Assembly: GCA_900314215.1 (NCBI GenBank)
Contig: OMUK01000101.1
Span: 9,830 to 73,829 of the forward strand
Direction: 5' to 3'
Length of the DNA: 64,000 nucleotides
From: an uncultured Prevotellaceae bacterium
Lineage (GTDB): Bacteria; Bacteroidota; Bacteroidia; Bacteroidales; Muribaculaceae
The notes below the pieces were generated by a model. It ran no database searches. It worked only from the letters and a program-made list of their open reading frames with translations, and was not told the DNA's origin. Both the position numbers and the translations under genes were made by a program. This document shows, in pieces, positions 1 to 9,565 of the stretch. The first letter of the stretch is position 1; each line of letters begins with the position of its first letter.

Positions 1-2
1 CC

Positions 3-830
3 GACCTGTTTGGGCGCGTCTTCAGCGGCGTGGGCACCTTTGTGAGCATGCGCGGCGGCAACGACCTGCAGATGATGGTGCGCAAGTCGGAGCCCAAGCC
101 CATCAAGATATGCCTGCAAGACGGCACACGCGACGCGTGGAACCCGCTCTTCGGCCACTGGTATGAGGGCAACCGCATGCTGGCCTCGGCACTCGACTTC
201 GCTGGCTACGACACCAAGTATGATTGGAGCGACTGCACCCACGGCGTGAAGCGCGCCAGCGAGATCTTTGCCGACGTCATGACCTGGCTGTGGCAAGGCT
301 GGCCTGCTCCCATCGCCACAGGCACCACGCAAAACGACCTGTTGCGCCCCCTGCTCGATGCCGGCAGCCACTGGCAGCAAGGCAAGGCCAAGGGCGCAGC
401 CGCACGCAAGGTGGAGCACAGCGCCACCTACCCCGACGGCAGCCTGCTTGTGGAGCCCATTGCGGGCAGCAACTGCCTGCAGCAGTCGGTCATCGTGAAT
501 GGTAAGAAAGCCTACACGCAGCCTTTCTACTGGCTCGACAGCTACGACAACGCGCAACTGCAGGTGGGCGGCATGGCCTATGACGACAAGGGCAATCTGT
601 GGGTGGTGACTAGCGCTGGCATCCAAGTGCTGGACCAGAACGGCCGCGTGCGTGGCATCCTCAACCTGCCCCGCGGCGCAGGCGACGCCACGCAGCTGGC
701 CATCACCATCCTGCAAGACGGCACCGTGACGCTCACCCGCTGCGGCAGCGCTCCCTGCACGTGGCAGCGCCACTTCAACGTGGCTCCAGCCACCCCCGGC
801 CAGCGCCCCAAGTCGCAAGGGCAGGGATAG
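3..830 (+). CDS. 5'-truncated esterase / SMP-30-gluconolactonase-type fusion protein (C-terminal part)
   Basis: Frame is open from the window edge (DLFGRVFSGVGTFVSMRGG; GHWYEGN...DYKYDW-like esterase tail), then GGMAYDDKGNLWVVTSAGIQVLDQNGRVRGIL typical of SGL beta-propeller blades. Confidence 0.7.
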   Translation, partial: DLFGRVFSGVGTFVSMRGGNDLQMMVRKSEPKPIKICLQDGTRDAWNPLFGHWYEGNRMLASALDFAGYDTKYDWSDCTHGVKRASEIFADVMTWLWQGWPAPIATGTTQNDLLRPLLDAGSHWQQGKAKGAAARKVEHSATYPDGSLLVEPIAGSNCLQQSVIVNGKKAYTQPFYWLDSYDNAQLQVGGMAYDDKGNLWVVTSAGIQVLDQNGRVRGILNLPRGAGDATQLAITILQDGTVTLTRCGSAPCTWQRHFNVAPATPGQRPKSQGQG

Positions 831-867
831 CATCGCGTCATCCTCAACAAGAAGAAAGGAAATAATC

Positions 868-915
868 AACGGTGGCGGCGCAGGACTCACGATCCTGTGC
901 CGCCACCGTTTTTTG
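868..915. terminator. Bidirectional intrinsic terminator
   Basis: AACGGTGGCGGCGCAGGA / TCCTGTGCCGCCACCGTT stem followed by a T run, between convergent genes. Confidence 0.8.
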
Positions 916-926
916 GGGCTTCATGC

Positions 927-1041
927 GTAATCCTTGCAAAATCTCTATGCAATGCCACCAAGTGGCATCACGCAGGACAAATAGGACGGCCACCGGGGCC
1001 GCACCCTGCCAGCGCATCCACCCCGCCCAATACACACACAC
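927..1041. repeat. Composite repeat: 43-bp block plus REP-A palindrome; second copy at 27246-27375
   Basis: GTAATCCTTGCAAAATCTCTATGC.ATGC.ACCAAGTGGCATC at 927 and 27246, each followed by GGACGGCCAC..GGGCCGCACCCTGCCAG and a CACACACACG tract. Confidence 0.8.
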
Positions 1042-1072
1042 GGGCGGGCTCAGGGCACGCTGCTGGATGGGA

Positions 1073-1459
1073 CTATTTCACGGTTTTCTTGCCAGCCACC
1101 TGCCAGTCGATGATGCCGCCGTCGAGATTGGTCACCTTGTAGCCCACCTTGACCAGCTGCTGGGCGGCCATGGCGCTGCGGCGGCCACTGCGGCAATACA
1201 CCGCCACGGGCTTGCGGCGGTCGAGGCGTGCCTGGGCTTGCTCGACGAAGTTGTCGCCCTTCACGTCGATGTTTTGGGCCCCTTCAAGGTGGCCCTCGAG
1301 GTATTCGCTGGGCGTGCGCACGTCGACGAGCTGCACTCCAGGCTGGGCAATGTAGCTCTCAAACTTGTCGACACCCACACTCGTGAAGCCCTTGCTGCTT
1401 GAGCAAGAACCCAATAGCGTAGCTATAATTCCCATGATGAGTAGTAGCTTGATTTTCAT
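1073..1459 (-). CDS. Rhodanese-like domain lipoprotein
   Basis: Lipobox LGSC, DVRTPSEY, active-site loop CRSGRRS. Confidence 0.9.
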   Translation of the reverse strand: MKIKLLLIMGIIATLLGSCSSSKGFTSVGVDKFESYIAQPGVQLVDVRTPSEYLEGHLEGAQNIDVKGDNFVEQAQARLDRRKPVAVYCRSGRRSAMAAQQLVKVGYKVTNLDGGIIDWQVAGKKTVK

Positions 1460-1986
1460 TTGCGACGCGGGCTCACCGGGTGAGTGATGATTTGCAGAAA
1501 TGCCTTGCCGCGACGCGGACGCACGGCCATCTCAGGGTCTTCAAACATAGCCTCGTTCTGGTCGATATACTTGTGCCACTTGTCCTCGAGCATGTCGGCC
1601 AGCTTGGGCTCCAGGATTTGGCCGGCGTGGCCCGAGTCCCAGATGAAGCCAGGCAGGTCGCGCTGCAACTCGGCGGTGGTGATGATAGGTGCCTTGTCGG
1701 GGTTGATGATGATGTCGGGCTCCATGTCCATGTAGAACACCTGGCGGCCCTTGCCGCTCCAGTCCTCGGCCTCAAAGGGCTCGCTCGAGAGCACGCCCTT
1801 CATCACGATGCCCGTGTTGCCCTGGCCCACACGCACCAGGTAGAAGCGGTCGCAGGCCTTGGCATGCTCCCAGTCCCACACGCTCCAGTTGAAATAATGC
1901 TCAATACAATTTTTCATGCTCTCCTTGTACTCGTCCATGTTGACCGACGAAATCGCAGGATCCCACATCAGTATGATTGTATTCAT
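1456..1986 (-). CDS. Stand-alone EVE/PUA-like domain protein (hypothetical)
   Basis: Pattern ILMWDP...NWSVW...DRFYLVRVG...GIVMKG...SEPF...W...YMD..D resembles EVE-like modified-base reader domains; 4-nt overlap with the rhodanese gene. Confidence 0.55.
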   Translation of the reverse strand: MNTIILMWDPAISSVNMDEYKESMKNCIEHYFNWSVWDWEHAKACDRFYLVRVGQGNTGIVMKGVLSSEPFEAEDWSGKGRQVFYMDMEPDIIINPDKAPIITTAELQRDLPGFIWDSGHAGQILEPKLADMLEDKWHKYIDQNEAMFEDPEMAVRPRRGKAFLQIITHPVSPRRK

Positions 1987-2069
1987 AATCTTCAGGTTTT
2001 AAAGTTTATCATTACAAAGTTAATCATTCTCCTCGTGAAACCCATAAGAATTTCCCGAAAAATTTTGCA

Positions 2070-3140
2070 TCACTCCATGCCGGCGAGGGCGAGGAGTTTC
2101 TCGACCAGGCGAGGCAGGGCGTAGCGGCCCACGTCGCGCTCGGGCATCCACAAGTAGCCGGCGGGAAGCACAGGCCTCACGGGCGTGTCGAGCAGGTAGA
2201 AATCGGCATAGATGGTGCGGTGGGTGAGCTGGTGCTTCACGCCGTGGCGCAACTGCACAAGACGGCAGGCCTCGCCCGGCTCAGTGCCTGCAGGCCACTG
2301 CAAGGCGGCCATGATGGCGGCCGGGGCATCATCGCCTGGCGGCTGGGGCGTCTCGATGAGCAGGGGCTCGTAGAGGCCCTGCCAGATGTCGCCGGCGGGG
2401 CGGCGGCGCAGGGCAGTCTCGCCCTGGCAGCGCAGGTAGATGTATTGGAAATAGCGTGCCCTCACCTGGGTGGTCTTGAGCTTCACAGGCAGCTGGGCCA
2501 CGCGGTGGCTGTGCAGCGCCACGCAGGTGTCGGCCAGCGGGCAGCCGTCGCAATGGGGCGACTTGGGAGTGCACCAGGTGGCTCCGAAGTCCATCATCGC
2601 CTGGTTGAAGGCGGCTGCCTGGCGCTCGGGCAGCAGGCTCTGGGCCAGGGCGGCAAACTCCCGCTTGCCCTGGGTTGAATTGATGGGCGTGGCGATGCCG
2701 TAGTGGCGGGCGAGCACACGATACACGTTGCCGTCGACAGCGGCCACGGGCTGCCCGTAGGCAATCGAGGCGATGGCGGCGGCGGTGTAGTCGCCCACCC
2801 CCTTGAGCGCCTTGATGCCCTCGAGGGTGGCGGGAAAACTGCCTTGCTCCACCACCTGGCGCGCGGCGGCGAGCAAATTGCGGGCACGGCTGTAGTAGCC
2901 CAGGCCCTGCCACATGCGCAGCACCTCGTCCTCGCTGGCCGCGGCCAGGTCGCCCACCGTGGGCCATCGCTGCACGAAGCGCTGCCAGTAGTCGAGGCCC
3001 TGCTCGATGCGCGTCTGCTGCAGGATCACCTCGCTCAGCCATATCGCATAGGGGTCGGTGGTGTGCCGCCAGGGCAGGTCGCGGCCCCACTGGCGGTACC
3101 AGTCGAGAATGATGGCGGTGAAATTGCTGCTGCGAGTCAT
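2070..3140 (-). CDS. mutY: A/G-specific adenine glycosylase
   Basis: WLSEVILQQT, WQGLGYYSRARNL, HhH motif KGVGDYTAAAI, VDGNVYRV, 4Fe-4S motif CTPKSPHCDGCPLADTC. Confidence 0.97.
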   Translation of the reverse strand: MTRSSNFTAIILDWYRQWGRDLPWRHTTDPYAIWLSEVILQQTRIEQGLDYWQRFVQRWPTVGDLAAASEDEVLRMWQGLGYYSRARNLLAAARQVVEQGSFPATLEGIKALKGVGDYTAAAIASIAYGQPVAAVDGNVYRVLARHYGIATPINSTQGKREFAALAQSLLPERQAAAFNQAMMDFGATWCTPKSPHCDGCPLADTCVALHSHRVAQLPVKLKTTQVRARYFQYIYLRCQGETALRRRPAGDIWQGLYEPLLIETPQPPGDDAPAAIMAALQWPAGTEPGEACRLVQLRHGVKHQLTHRTIYADFYLLDTPVRPVLPAGYLWMPERDVGRYALPRLVEKLLALAGME

Positions 3141-3583
3141 AGCGTGAACGTGGCTGGATGCAACTGGCGCAGCGGCTGCAAGAAGAAGTCGCGCTCCATG
3201 AGGTGGCTGTGGGGAATGGTGAGCTCGCGCGAGTCGACGCCGACCCGCTGCCAGCGGCCATCGGGCGCCAGCGCCTCGGCATACACGATGTCGATGTCGA
3301 CCAGACGGTCGACGTAGCCTCCCGCTGCGTCGCGGTGGCTCGCGCTGCCCAGCTGGCGCTCAATGTCGTGTATCCACCCCAGCACCTGCATGGGCGCCAG
3401 GGCAGTGTCGATGGCCACGCCCACATTGAGGAAGGCATGAGGCGAGTCGAAGCCCCAGGGCTGCGACTCCATAACCGAAGAAACCTGACACCCGCCAGTG
3501 CCGGCGCTCAGGGCGGCGATGGCGAGCATCAGGTTGTGACGACGGTCACCCAAATTGGTGCCGATATTCAGATAGTATCGCAT
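3137..3583 (-). CDS. folK: 2-amino-4-hydroxy-6-hydroxymethyldihydropteridine diphosphokinase
   Basis: YLNIGTNLGDR, SQPWGF, FLNV, DRLVDIDI, IPH..LMERDF; ATG at 3583 preferred over TTG at 3598. Confidence 0.93.
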   Translation of the reverse strand: MRYYLNIGTNLGDRRHNLMLAIAALSAGTGGCQVSSVMESQPWGFDSPHAFLNVGVAIDTALAPMQVLGWIHDIERQLGSASHRDAAGGYVDRLVDIDIVYAEALAPDGRWQRVGVDSRELTIPHSHLMERDFFLQPLRQLHPATFTL

Positions 3584-3640
3584 TTCATCAAAACGCAAAG
3601 TGCTGTGGCTGCACGTGCTCGTGTGGCAGCCACAGGCATG

Positions 3641-5089
3641 CTACTCGATGTGCTTGAGGATGTCGAGCAGGTGCTCCCACACGAGTTTCACCGAGGGGAT
3701 GTAGAGGCACTCGTCGGGGGTGTGCACGTTGCGCAACGTGGGACCAAACGAGATCATGTCCATGTCGGGGTAGCGCTCGGCAAAGAGGCCGCACTCGAGG
3801 CCGGCGTGGATGCCAATCACCTTGGGCTCCTTGTGGAAGAGGCGCTCGTAGCTCTCCTTGGCAATCTCCACCAGCTTGCTGCCGGGCTTCATGGGCCAGG
3901 CGGGATTGGCCTCGTTGTGCACGATATTGTAGGCGCCTGCCAGGCGGAAGGCGGCCTCAACCGTGTTGCCCATGTTCACGAGGTTGCTGTTCACACTGCT
4001 GCGTTGCAGCGATATCACCTTGAGGTAGTCGGTGCCTGTCTCCACCACCGAGACGTTGCTCGAGGTCTCCACGAGCCAGCTGATTTCCTCGGCCTGGCTC
4101 ATGGCATAGACGCCATTGTCGACGGCCTGCAGGGCCATCACGATGTTGCGGCCCGTCTCGCGGGGCAGCACTTGCTGTGCCGGGGCGTCGCCCAGGTCAA
4201 ACTGCATGGTGGTATCGGTCACATAGAACTCATTTTTCACGTCGGCCTGGAATTTCACCCAGTCCTCGCGCACCTGCTCATAGGTGCCGCCCGGCACAGC
4301 GATCACCACCTTGCCGTCGCGCGGAATGGCGTTGTGCATCTTGCCCGAGTTGAAGCTAGCCAGACGCAGGTCGAGCTTGTCTTGCTCGATGTAGAGGAAG
4401 CGCGCGAGTATCTTGATGGCATTGGCACGCTTCTTCTCGATGTCGTCGCCCGAGTGGCCGCCGTTGAGGCCCTTGAGCGAGAGCAGGATGAAGTCGTAGC
4501 CGGCAGGAGCGTCCTCGCGGGCAAAGTTGAATGTGGCCTCGGTGCCGCAGCCGCCAGCGCAGCTTATGAAGATCTCGCCCTCGTCCTCGCTGTCGAGGTT
4601 GATGAGGTACTTGCCGCTCATGAAGTCGCTCTTCATGCCTATGGCACCCGTGAGCTCGGTCTCCTCGTCGCGGGTAAACACGCACTCGAGCGGGCCGTGC
4701 TCGATGTCGTCGCTCTCGAGCAGGGCAAGCTCTATGGCATCGCCCATGCCGTCGTCGGCACCCAGGGTAGTGCCCTTGGCGCGCATCCAGTCGCCGTCGA
4801 CGTAGGCCTGGATGGCATCTTTAGAGAAGTCGAAGTCTACATCCACGAGCTTGTCGCACACCATGTCCATGTGGCTTTGCAGCACCACAGTGGGGCGGTT
4901 CTCGTAGCCCGGGGTGGCAGGCTTCTTGATGAGCACATTGCCAGTCTCGTCGACCTTGGTCTCAAGGCCGTGGCTCTCGCCGAAATTCTTGAGGTATTCT
5001 ATCATCTTCTCCTCGTGCTTCGACGGACGGGGAATCTTGTTGATTTGAGCAAACTGATCAAAAACGATTTTTGGTTCTAATTCTGCCAT
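3641..5089 (-). CDS. pepD: Aminoacyl-histidine dipeptidase (M20C)
   Basis: LQSHMDMV, TTLGADDG, FTRDEE, NLDSED, GGHSG, HAGLECG. Confidence 0.95.
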   Translation of the reverse strand: MAELEPKIVFDQFAQINKIPRPSKHEEKMIEYLKNFGESHGLETKVDETGNVLIKKPATPGYENRPTVVLQSHMDMVCDKLVDVDFDFSKDAIQAYVDGDWMRAKGTTLGADDGMGDAIELALLESDDIEHGPLECVFTRDEETELTGAIGMKSDFMSGKYLINLDSEDEGEIFISCAGGCGTEATFNFAREDAPAGYDFILLSLKGLNGGHSGDDIEKKRANAIKILARFLYIEQDKLDLRLASFNSGKMHNAIPRDGKVVIAVPGGTYEQVREDWVKFQADVKNEFYVTDTTMQFDLGDAPAQQVLPRETGRNIVMALQAVDNGVYAMSQAEEISWLVETSSNVSVVETGTDYLKVISLQRSSVNSNLVNMGNTVEAAFRLAGAYNIVHNEANPAWPMKPGSKLVEIAKESYERLFHKEPKVIGIHAGLECGLFAERYPDMDMISFGPTLRNVHTPDECLYIPSVKLVWEHLLDILKHIE

Positions 5090-5131
5090 AATATCTTGAT
5101 TTTTAAAAGTTGGTTGTCTTGTTACCGGCCT

Positions 5132-5563
5132 TCACTCCATGCTCGCCTGCCGGGCGCAGTGGGGGCACAGGCCCTTGATCACGTAGTTCACGCCATGCAC
5201 CTCGTAGCCGGCGGGAAGCGTCACCTGGGGGATGTGGATCGACTCCAGGCAATAGGTGCGGTTGCAACGCTCGCAGTAGAAGTGCACGTGCTGGTCGTCG
5301 TCGTGGTCGGCGTCATGGCTCAGGCACAGCTCATATTTCACCGTGTCGCTGCCATCCTCGATCACGTGCACCAGGCCGTGGACTCTGAAGGTGCCGAGGG
5401 TGCGGAATATGCTGCTCTTGTCGAGCGTCTCGACGCGGCGCTCAAGCTCGGGCTGCGAACTGGGTCGCGTGGCGGCGGCAAGCGCCTGGGCGATGAGGAT
5501 GCGGTTGGGCGTGGGTTTCACCCCATGATGCACAAGCAGGCCCACTATTTCTTCGTTAGTCAT
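5132..5563 (-). CDS. fur: Fur-family transcriptional regulator
   Basis: GVKPTPNR, DKSSIFRTL, HVHFYCERC and GLCPHC zinc motifs; likely start MTNEEI at 5563, overlapping the upstream stop. Confidence 0.85.
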   Translation of the reverse strand: MTNEEIVGLLVHHGVKPTPNRILIAQALAAATRPSSQPELERRVETLDKSSIFRTLGTFRVHGLVHVIEDGSDTVKYELCLSHDADHDDDQHVHFYCERCNRTYCLESIHIPQVTLPAGYEVHGVNYVIKGLCPHCARQASME

Positions 5564-6863
5564 TGCGTTTCTCCTTTTCCTCTTGAGGCAAGACCTCGAC
5601 ACGCACCAGCTCGACACGGGCGGCCGTCTTGCGCAGCACCGTGAGCACATAGTTGCCGTCGATTTCCACCTTGTCGCCCTCGTTGGGTATGGCCTCGAGC
5701 TTGTTGAGGATGAGGCCGGCTATCGTCTGGTAATCGTCGTCCTCGGGCAGGTCGAGATGGAACTCCTCGTTGATTTCCTCAATCTCCTTGCGGCCCGAGA
5801 ATTCATAGGTGTTGTCGTCGATGCGGCGCGCCACGAGCTTGTTGCGATTGCGGTCGTGCTCGTCCTCGATGTCGCCAAATATTTCCTCCACCAGGTCTTC
5901 GAGGGTGACCATGCCGGCGGTGCCGCCAAACTCGTCGACCACGATGGCCATCGAGCGCTTCTCGTGCAGCAGGTTTTGCATCATCACCTTGGCCAGCATC
6001 GTCTCGGGGGCGAAGAGCACAGGCTTCACCTGGTCTTTCCAGTTCACATCGGTCACAAAGAGCTCGCTCACCGAGATGAAGCCCATCACGTTGTCGATGT
6101 CGTCGTGATACACCACGAGTTTGCTCAACCCCGTCTTGGAGAAGAGCTTCACCAGGTCGTCGCGGGTGGCCTCGGCGATGTCGACGCCCACAATCTCGTT
6201 GCGTGGCACCATGCAGTCGCGCAAGTGGGTGTCGCTGAAGTCGAGTGCGTTTTCAAATATCTTCATCTCGCGGTCCACTTCCTTGTGCTCATCTTCCTTC
6301 TTGTCGATGTTGTCTTGCAAGTAGGCGTCGAGCTCCTCCACGCTCAGGGTGCCCAGCTTCTCCTTGTCGGTCTTCACGCCAAAGAGGTGCATGATGCCCT
6401 GCGAGAGCCACTCGGTGAACTTGGAGATGGGGTAAAGCACCAAGTAGCACATGAAGAGCGGCAGCGAGAACATGCGCAGCGAGTAGTTGGGATTGATGCG
6501 GAACACGGCCTTGGGCAGGAACTCGCCCGTGATGAGGATGATGACGGTTGAGATGATGGTGATGAGCAGCAGGAGCAGGAACTCGTTGTCACCCACATAG
6601 GCCTTCAGTGGAATGGTGAGCAGCGATGCCATGGCCATCGAGTAGATCACATTCACCACATTGTTGCCAATGAGCATGGTGGAAATAAACATGTCGCTGT
6701 GGTTGTAAAACACGTGGATGATGCGGTTGATGAGGCCCGCCTTTTTCACGTCGATTTCAACGCGCACCTTGTTGGCCGAGACAAAGGCGATTTCCATCCC
6801 GGCAAAAAATGCCGAGAGCAAGATTGCTACAATCACTATTATCAAAGCGCTGCTTGTGCTCAT
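5556..6863 (-). CDS. Hemolysin-family / CNNM (DUF21)-CBS-CorC_HlyC protein
   Basis: [55 protein letters not shown]. Confidence 0.93.
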   Translation of the reverse strand: MSTSSALIIVIVAILLSAFFAGMEIAFVSANKVRVEIDVKKAGLINRIIHVFYNHSDMFISTMLIGNNVVNVIYSMAMASLLTIPLKAYVGDNEFLLLLLITIISTVIILITGEFLPKAVFRINPNYSLRMFSLPLFMCYLVLYPISKFTEWLSQGIMHLFGVKTDKEKLGTLSVEELDAYLQDNIDKKEDEHKEVDREMKIFENALDFSDTHLRDCMVPRNEIVGVDIAEATRDDLVKLFSKTGLSKLVVYHDDIDNVMGFISVSELFVTDVNWKDQVKPVLFAPETMLAKVMMQNLLHEKRSMAIVVDEFGGTAGMVTLEDLVEEIFGDIEDEHDRNRNKLVARRIDDNTYEFSGRKEIEEINEEFHLDLPEDDDYQTIAGLILNKLEAIPNEGDKVEIDGNYVLTVLRKTAARVELVRVEVLPQEEKEKRND

Positions 6864-6967
6864 ATCCAATCACAAAATTACAATAATTTCTTGAGATATT
6901 CCCCAATTTTCGCCCATTGATTTGTGCCACACGGGCAACTGTTGCCGGCTGGGCCTGGCCACACGGG

Positions 6968-7642
6968 TCACCGGCCGGGGGTGAACTTGCTGTCGTCGAT
7001 AGGGAAGATGCCCTGCACGTGGTTGATTTTGTAGTGCTGCGAGCGGTCGTAGTACTCGTAGCCCTCACCCTCAATCACGCGTCCCTGGCCCTCGATGCGT
7101 ATGAAGGAGTCGCTGTGGGTCAAGGCCTGGGTGGTTTCATAGTACATCTGGTTGGTGAGTATCTTGTCGCCACTGGTGCGGGTGATGCGCACGTTGTCCT
7201 TGCAATTGATTTGGCGCGAGGATTCGTCGTAGTACATGCGGTCGCACAGCACCTTGTCGCCGCTGCGCATGGTGAGTCGCACGTTGCCCACGGCGCTCCA
7301 CACGTGGGAGTTGATGTTGTAGTAGGCCGAGTCGCATATGAGCGAGGCACTCTGACGGAATTTCTCGTCGAGCTCGTCGGCCTGCACGCCGTTGGGAAAC
7401 GACCAGTGGGGCGTCGTGGCCTCGCTGAAGATTTGCCACAGCTTGGTGACGATGCGGTAGCGGGTGCGGCCCGAGTCGCTGATGATGGTGTTCACGTCGT
7501 GGCTCTCCATGGTGGGCACGCGGTTGGGGTCGGTGTCATGCTTCACCACGGCAGTCTTGTCGTCGTTGCACGACGTGGCTATCGCCCCCATCACCATGAC
7601 AAGGGCGACAATCAAAATGCTGCTATAGCGAGTCAATTTCAT
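6968..7642 (-). CDS. lptC: LPS export periplasmic protein LptC (Bacteroidetes type)
   Basis: TIISDSGRTRYRI, WSFPNGV, CDSAYY, beta-jellyroll repeats; conserved position between the OMP and the hemolysin gene. Confidence 0.8.
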   Translation of the reverse strand: MKLTRYSSILIVALVMVMGAIATSCNDDKTAVVKHDTDPNRVPTMESHDVNTIISDSGRTRYRIVTKLWQIFSEATTPHWSFPNGVQADELDEKFRQSASLICDSAYYNINSHVWSAVGNVRLTMRSGDKVLCDRMYYDESSRQINCKDNVRITRTSGDKILTNQMYYETTQALTHSDSFIRIEGQGRVIEGEGYEYYDRSQHYKINHVQGIFPIDDSKFTPGR

Positions 7643-7698
7643 GAACAATTCTCCAAAACGGGGTTATCCCCTACGCTGCTGCACAACCAGCACGAGCA

Positions 7699-8937
7699 TC
7701 AACGTATCTTGCTCTTCCAGAACCACATCTCGTTGAAGGTCACGCTCAGGGTCACATTCAGGTAGTCCTCCTTGATGAGCGTGGTGGGCGACGAGTAGCG
7801 GTGACGCCACTCCACACCCAGGTTGATCACCGTCTTGCTGCCCAGGGCGGGGAAGCCGAAGCCGGCGCTCACGCCATAGTCGCGCACGTTGTTGCCACCC
7901 ACATTCTGGTAGTCGTGGTTGTAGAAGGCACCCAGGCGATAGGCGGTGCGCTTGAGATAGCTGCCGCGGTAGTTGGGCACATATTGCACGCCGGCAGCCA
8001 CCTTCCAGCGGTTGTCGAACTTGAAGTTGGGCGACTCGAAGCCCTCGAGCGGGGTGTATTTGGCCTTTGACCAGTCTTGATAGGTGAAGTTAAGCTCGCC
8101 CATGAGCTTGTTGCCATGGGTGTAGCTCACGCCCACGCCGAAGGTGTTGGGCAGCTCATACTTGCCCTTGAGGCTGGTGTAGCCCACCGTGTCGAGCTTG
8201 GAGTCGTTCACAGCATCGCGATAGGTGCCCCAGGTGTGGCCGTGCAGCGATTTCTTGGGCGAGTAGGTCACGCCCACTACCACATGGTCGCGGCGGTTGA
8301 GGTCGTAGCGGTACTGGGCGCCCAGGTGCAGGTTCCAGTCGCGCACTTCCATCACGCGATCGTAGAGGCTGGTCGAGGTGCTATAGATGTAGGTGTAATT
8401 GTCGATCGTGCCGAACATATAGGAGAAATTGGCACCGATGCTCAAGTGCTTCACCGGCTCCCAGCCAGCGCCCAGATAGAGCTCGCTGATCGAGCCCTCG
8501 CCGATGCGCGACTCGCTGCCATTGTTGATGTCGTTGCCAAAACTGTAGCCCACGCTCGAGAAGGGCATCACGCCGAACGAGCCACCCAGGCCCTTGGCAA
8601 TTCTGAAGGCGCCAGTGATGTAGTCGAGGCCGCCGCCAAAGCTGTAGCCGCTCTTGCCGTTCTCCTTCGACCACACGTTGGTGAGGTCGATGCCCATGTT
8701 CCACAGGAAGGTGAGCGAGTCGGTCTGCGAGTAGCTGGCAGGGTTCATTGTGTTGACTTGGCGGCCGTCTTGGGTGGCATATCCCACGCCGCCCATTTGG
8801 CGCTGGGCGCCGGTGGCATTCTCGCCCAGTATGCCGTAGCCCAAGCGGGAATAGGGCGTTACCGAGTTTTGGGCTCCTGCCTGCGCAACGGCTGTGGCGA
8901 CAAGCAAGGCAGCGATAAAGTATCTATATGTTCTCAT
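7699..8937 (-). CDS. Outer-membrane beta-barrel protein (FadL/OmpP1-like, Bacteroidetes conserved)
   Basis: Signal peptide, SPYSR.GYG-like N-terminus, NPASYS motif, C-terminal FNEMWF. Confidence 0.75.
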   Translation of the reverse strand: MRTYRYFIAALLVATAVAQAGAQNSVTPYSRLGYGILGENATGAQRQMGGVGYATQDGRQVNTMNPASYSQTDSLTFLWNMGIDLTNVWSKENGKSGYSFGGGLDYITGAFRIAKGLGGSFGVMPFSSVGYSFGNDINNGSESRIGEGSISELYLGAGWEPVKHLSIGANFSYMFGTIDNYTYIYSTSTSLYDRVMEVRDWNLHLGAQYRYDLNRRDHVVVGVTYSPKKSLHGHTWGTYRDAVNDSKLDTVGYTSLKGKYELPNTFGVGVSYTHGNKLMGELNFTYQDWSKAKYTPLEGFESPNFKFDNRWKVAAGVQYVPNYRGSYLKRTAYRLGAFYNHDYQNVGGNNVRDYGVSAGFGFPALGSKTVINLGVEWRHRYSSPTTLIKEDYLNVTLSVTFNEMWFWKSKIR

Positions 8938-9085
8938 ATTGTGACAAAATTAATAAATAGTGGCCAATAAATCGTTGTTTTCCACATTTTTTAGCACTTT
9001 TATGACAAATGCCGAAAAGATTAGCAATTTTCACACTGCCTGCCGCGCCAGTGCCCGGGAGCGAGCCGCCAGCGGCGAGCATGGC

Positions 9086-9526
9086 TCATTTTTTGTCGCT
9101 TTTCTCTTGACATTCACGCTCTTGCTTCTTCTTCTCCTTTTTCACCACGTGCTCATAGGCAAAGGTGACATAGATTTGCAGCACAGCGCCCGCCATCAAG
9201 AAGGCCAGCCAGTCGCGGCGGTCGTAGCCCGCCGAGGTGTCGAATACCGGCCACAGCAGGAAGAATGCCGACACGCAGTAGAAGAGCGCCGACACCTTGC
9301 CGATGCGGTAGAGCCGCTTGATGCGCGTGTTCTTGCCCTTGTAGCGCTCGGTCATGCGCTCGGCGAGGGCCATCACAGCGCCAAAGGCATACACCCAGCG
9401 CAGGTAGATGAGCTTTGCGGGGTCCCAATCGGTGAGAATAGGAATTGCGGCGCACACCAGCAAGATGAGCATGGCCACAGTAAGCATCAAGTTCTGTATG
9501 ATTTGTTTCTTCTCTTCAGTCATCAC
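9086..9526 (-). CDS. Hypothetical membrane protein (about 4 TM)
   Basis: Four hydrophobic stretches, basic C-terminus, host-like codon usage. Confidence 0.7.
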   Translation of the reverse strand: MMTEEKKQIIQNLMLTVAMLILLVCAAIPILTDWDPAKLIYLRWVYAFGAVMALAERMTERYKGKNTRIKRLYRIGKVSALFYCVSAFFLLWPVFDTSAGYDRRDWLAFLMAGAVLQIYVTFAYEHVVKKEKKKQERECQEKSDKK

Positions 9527-9565
9527 TTAAACTCTCTATCTATATGTAGTAAATTTTCTTGAAAA

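Noticed and set aside
3158-5080. 640-aa plus-strand ORF, and similar long ORFs at 15664-16935, 36342-37583, 44550-45770, 47888-50029 and 61156-62343
   Set aside because: Antisense shadows of well-supported genes, caused by strong GC3 codon bias; no recognisable motifs
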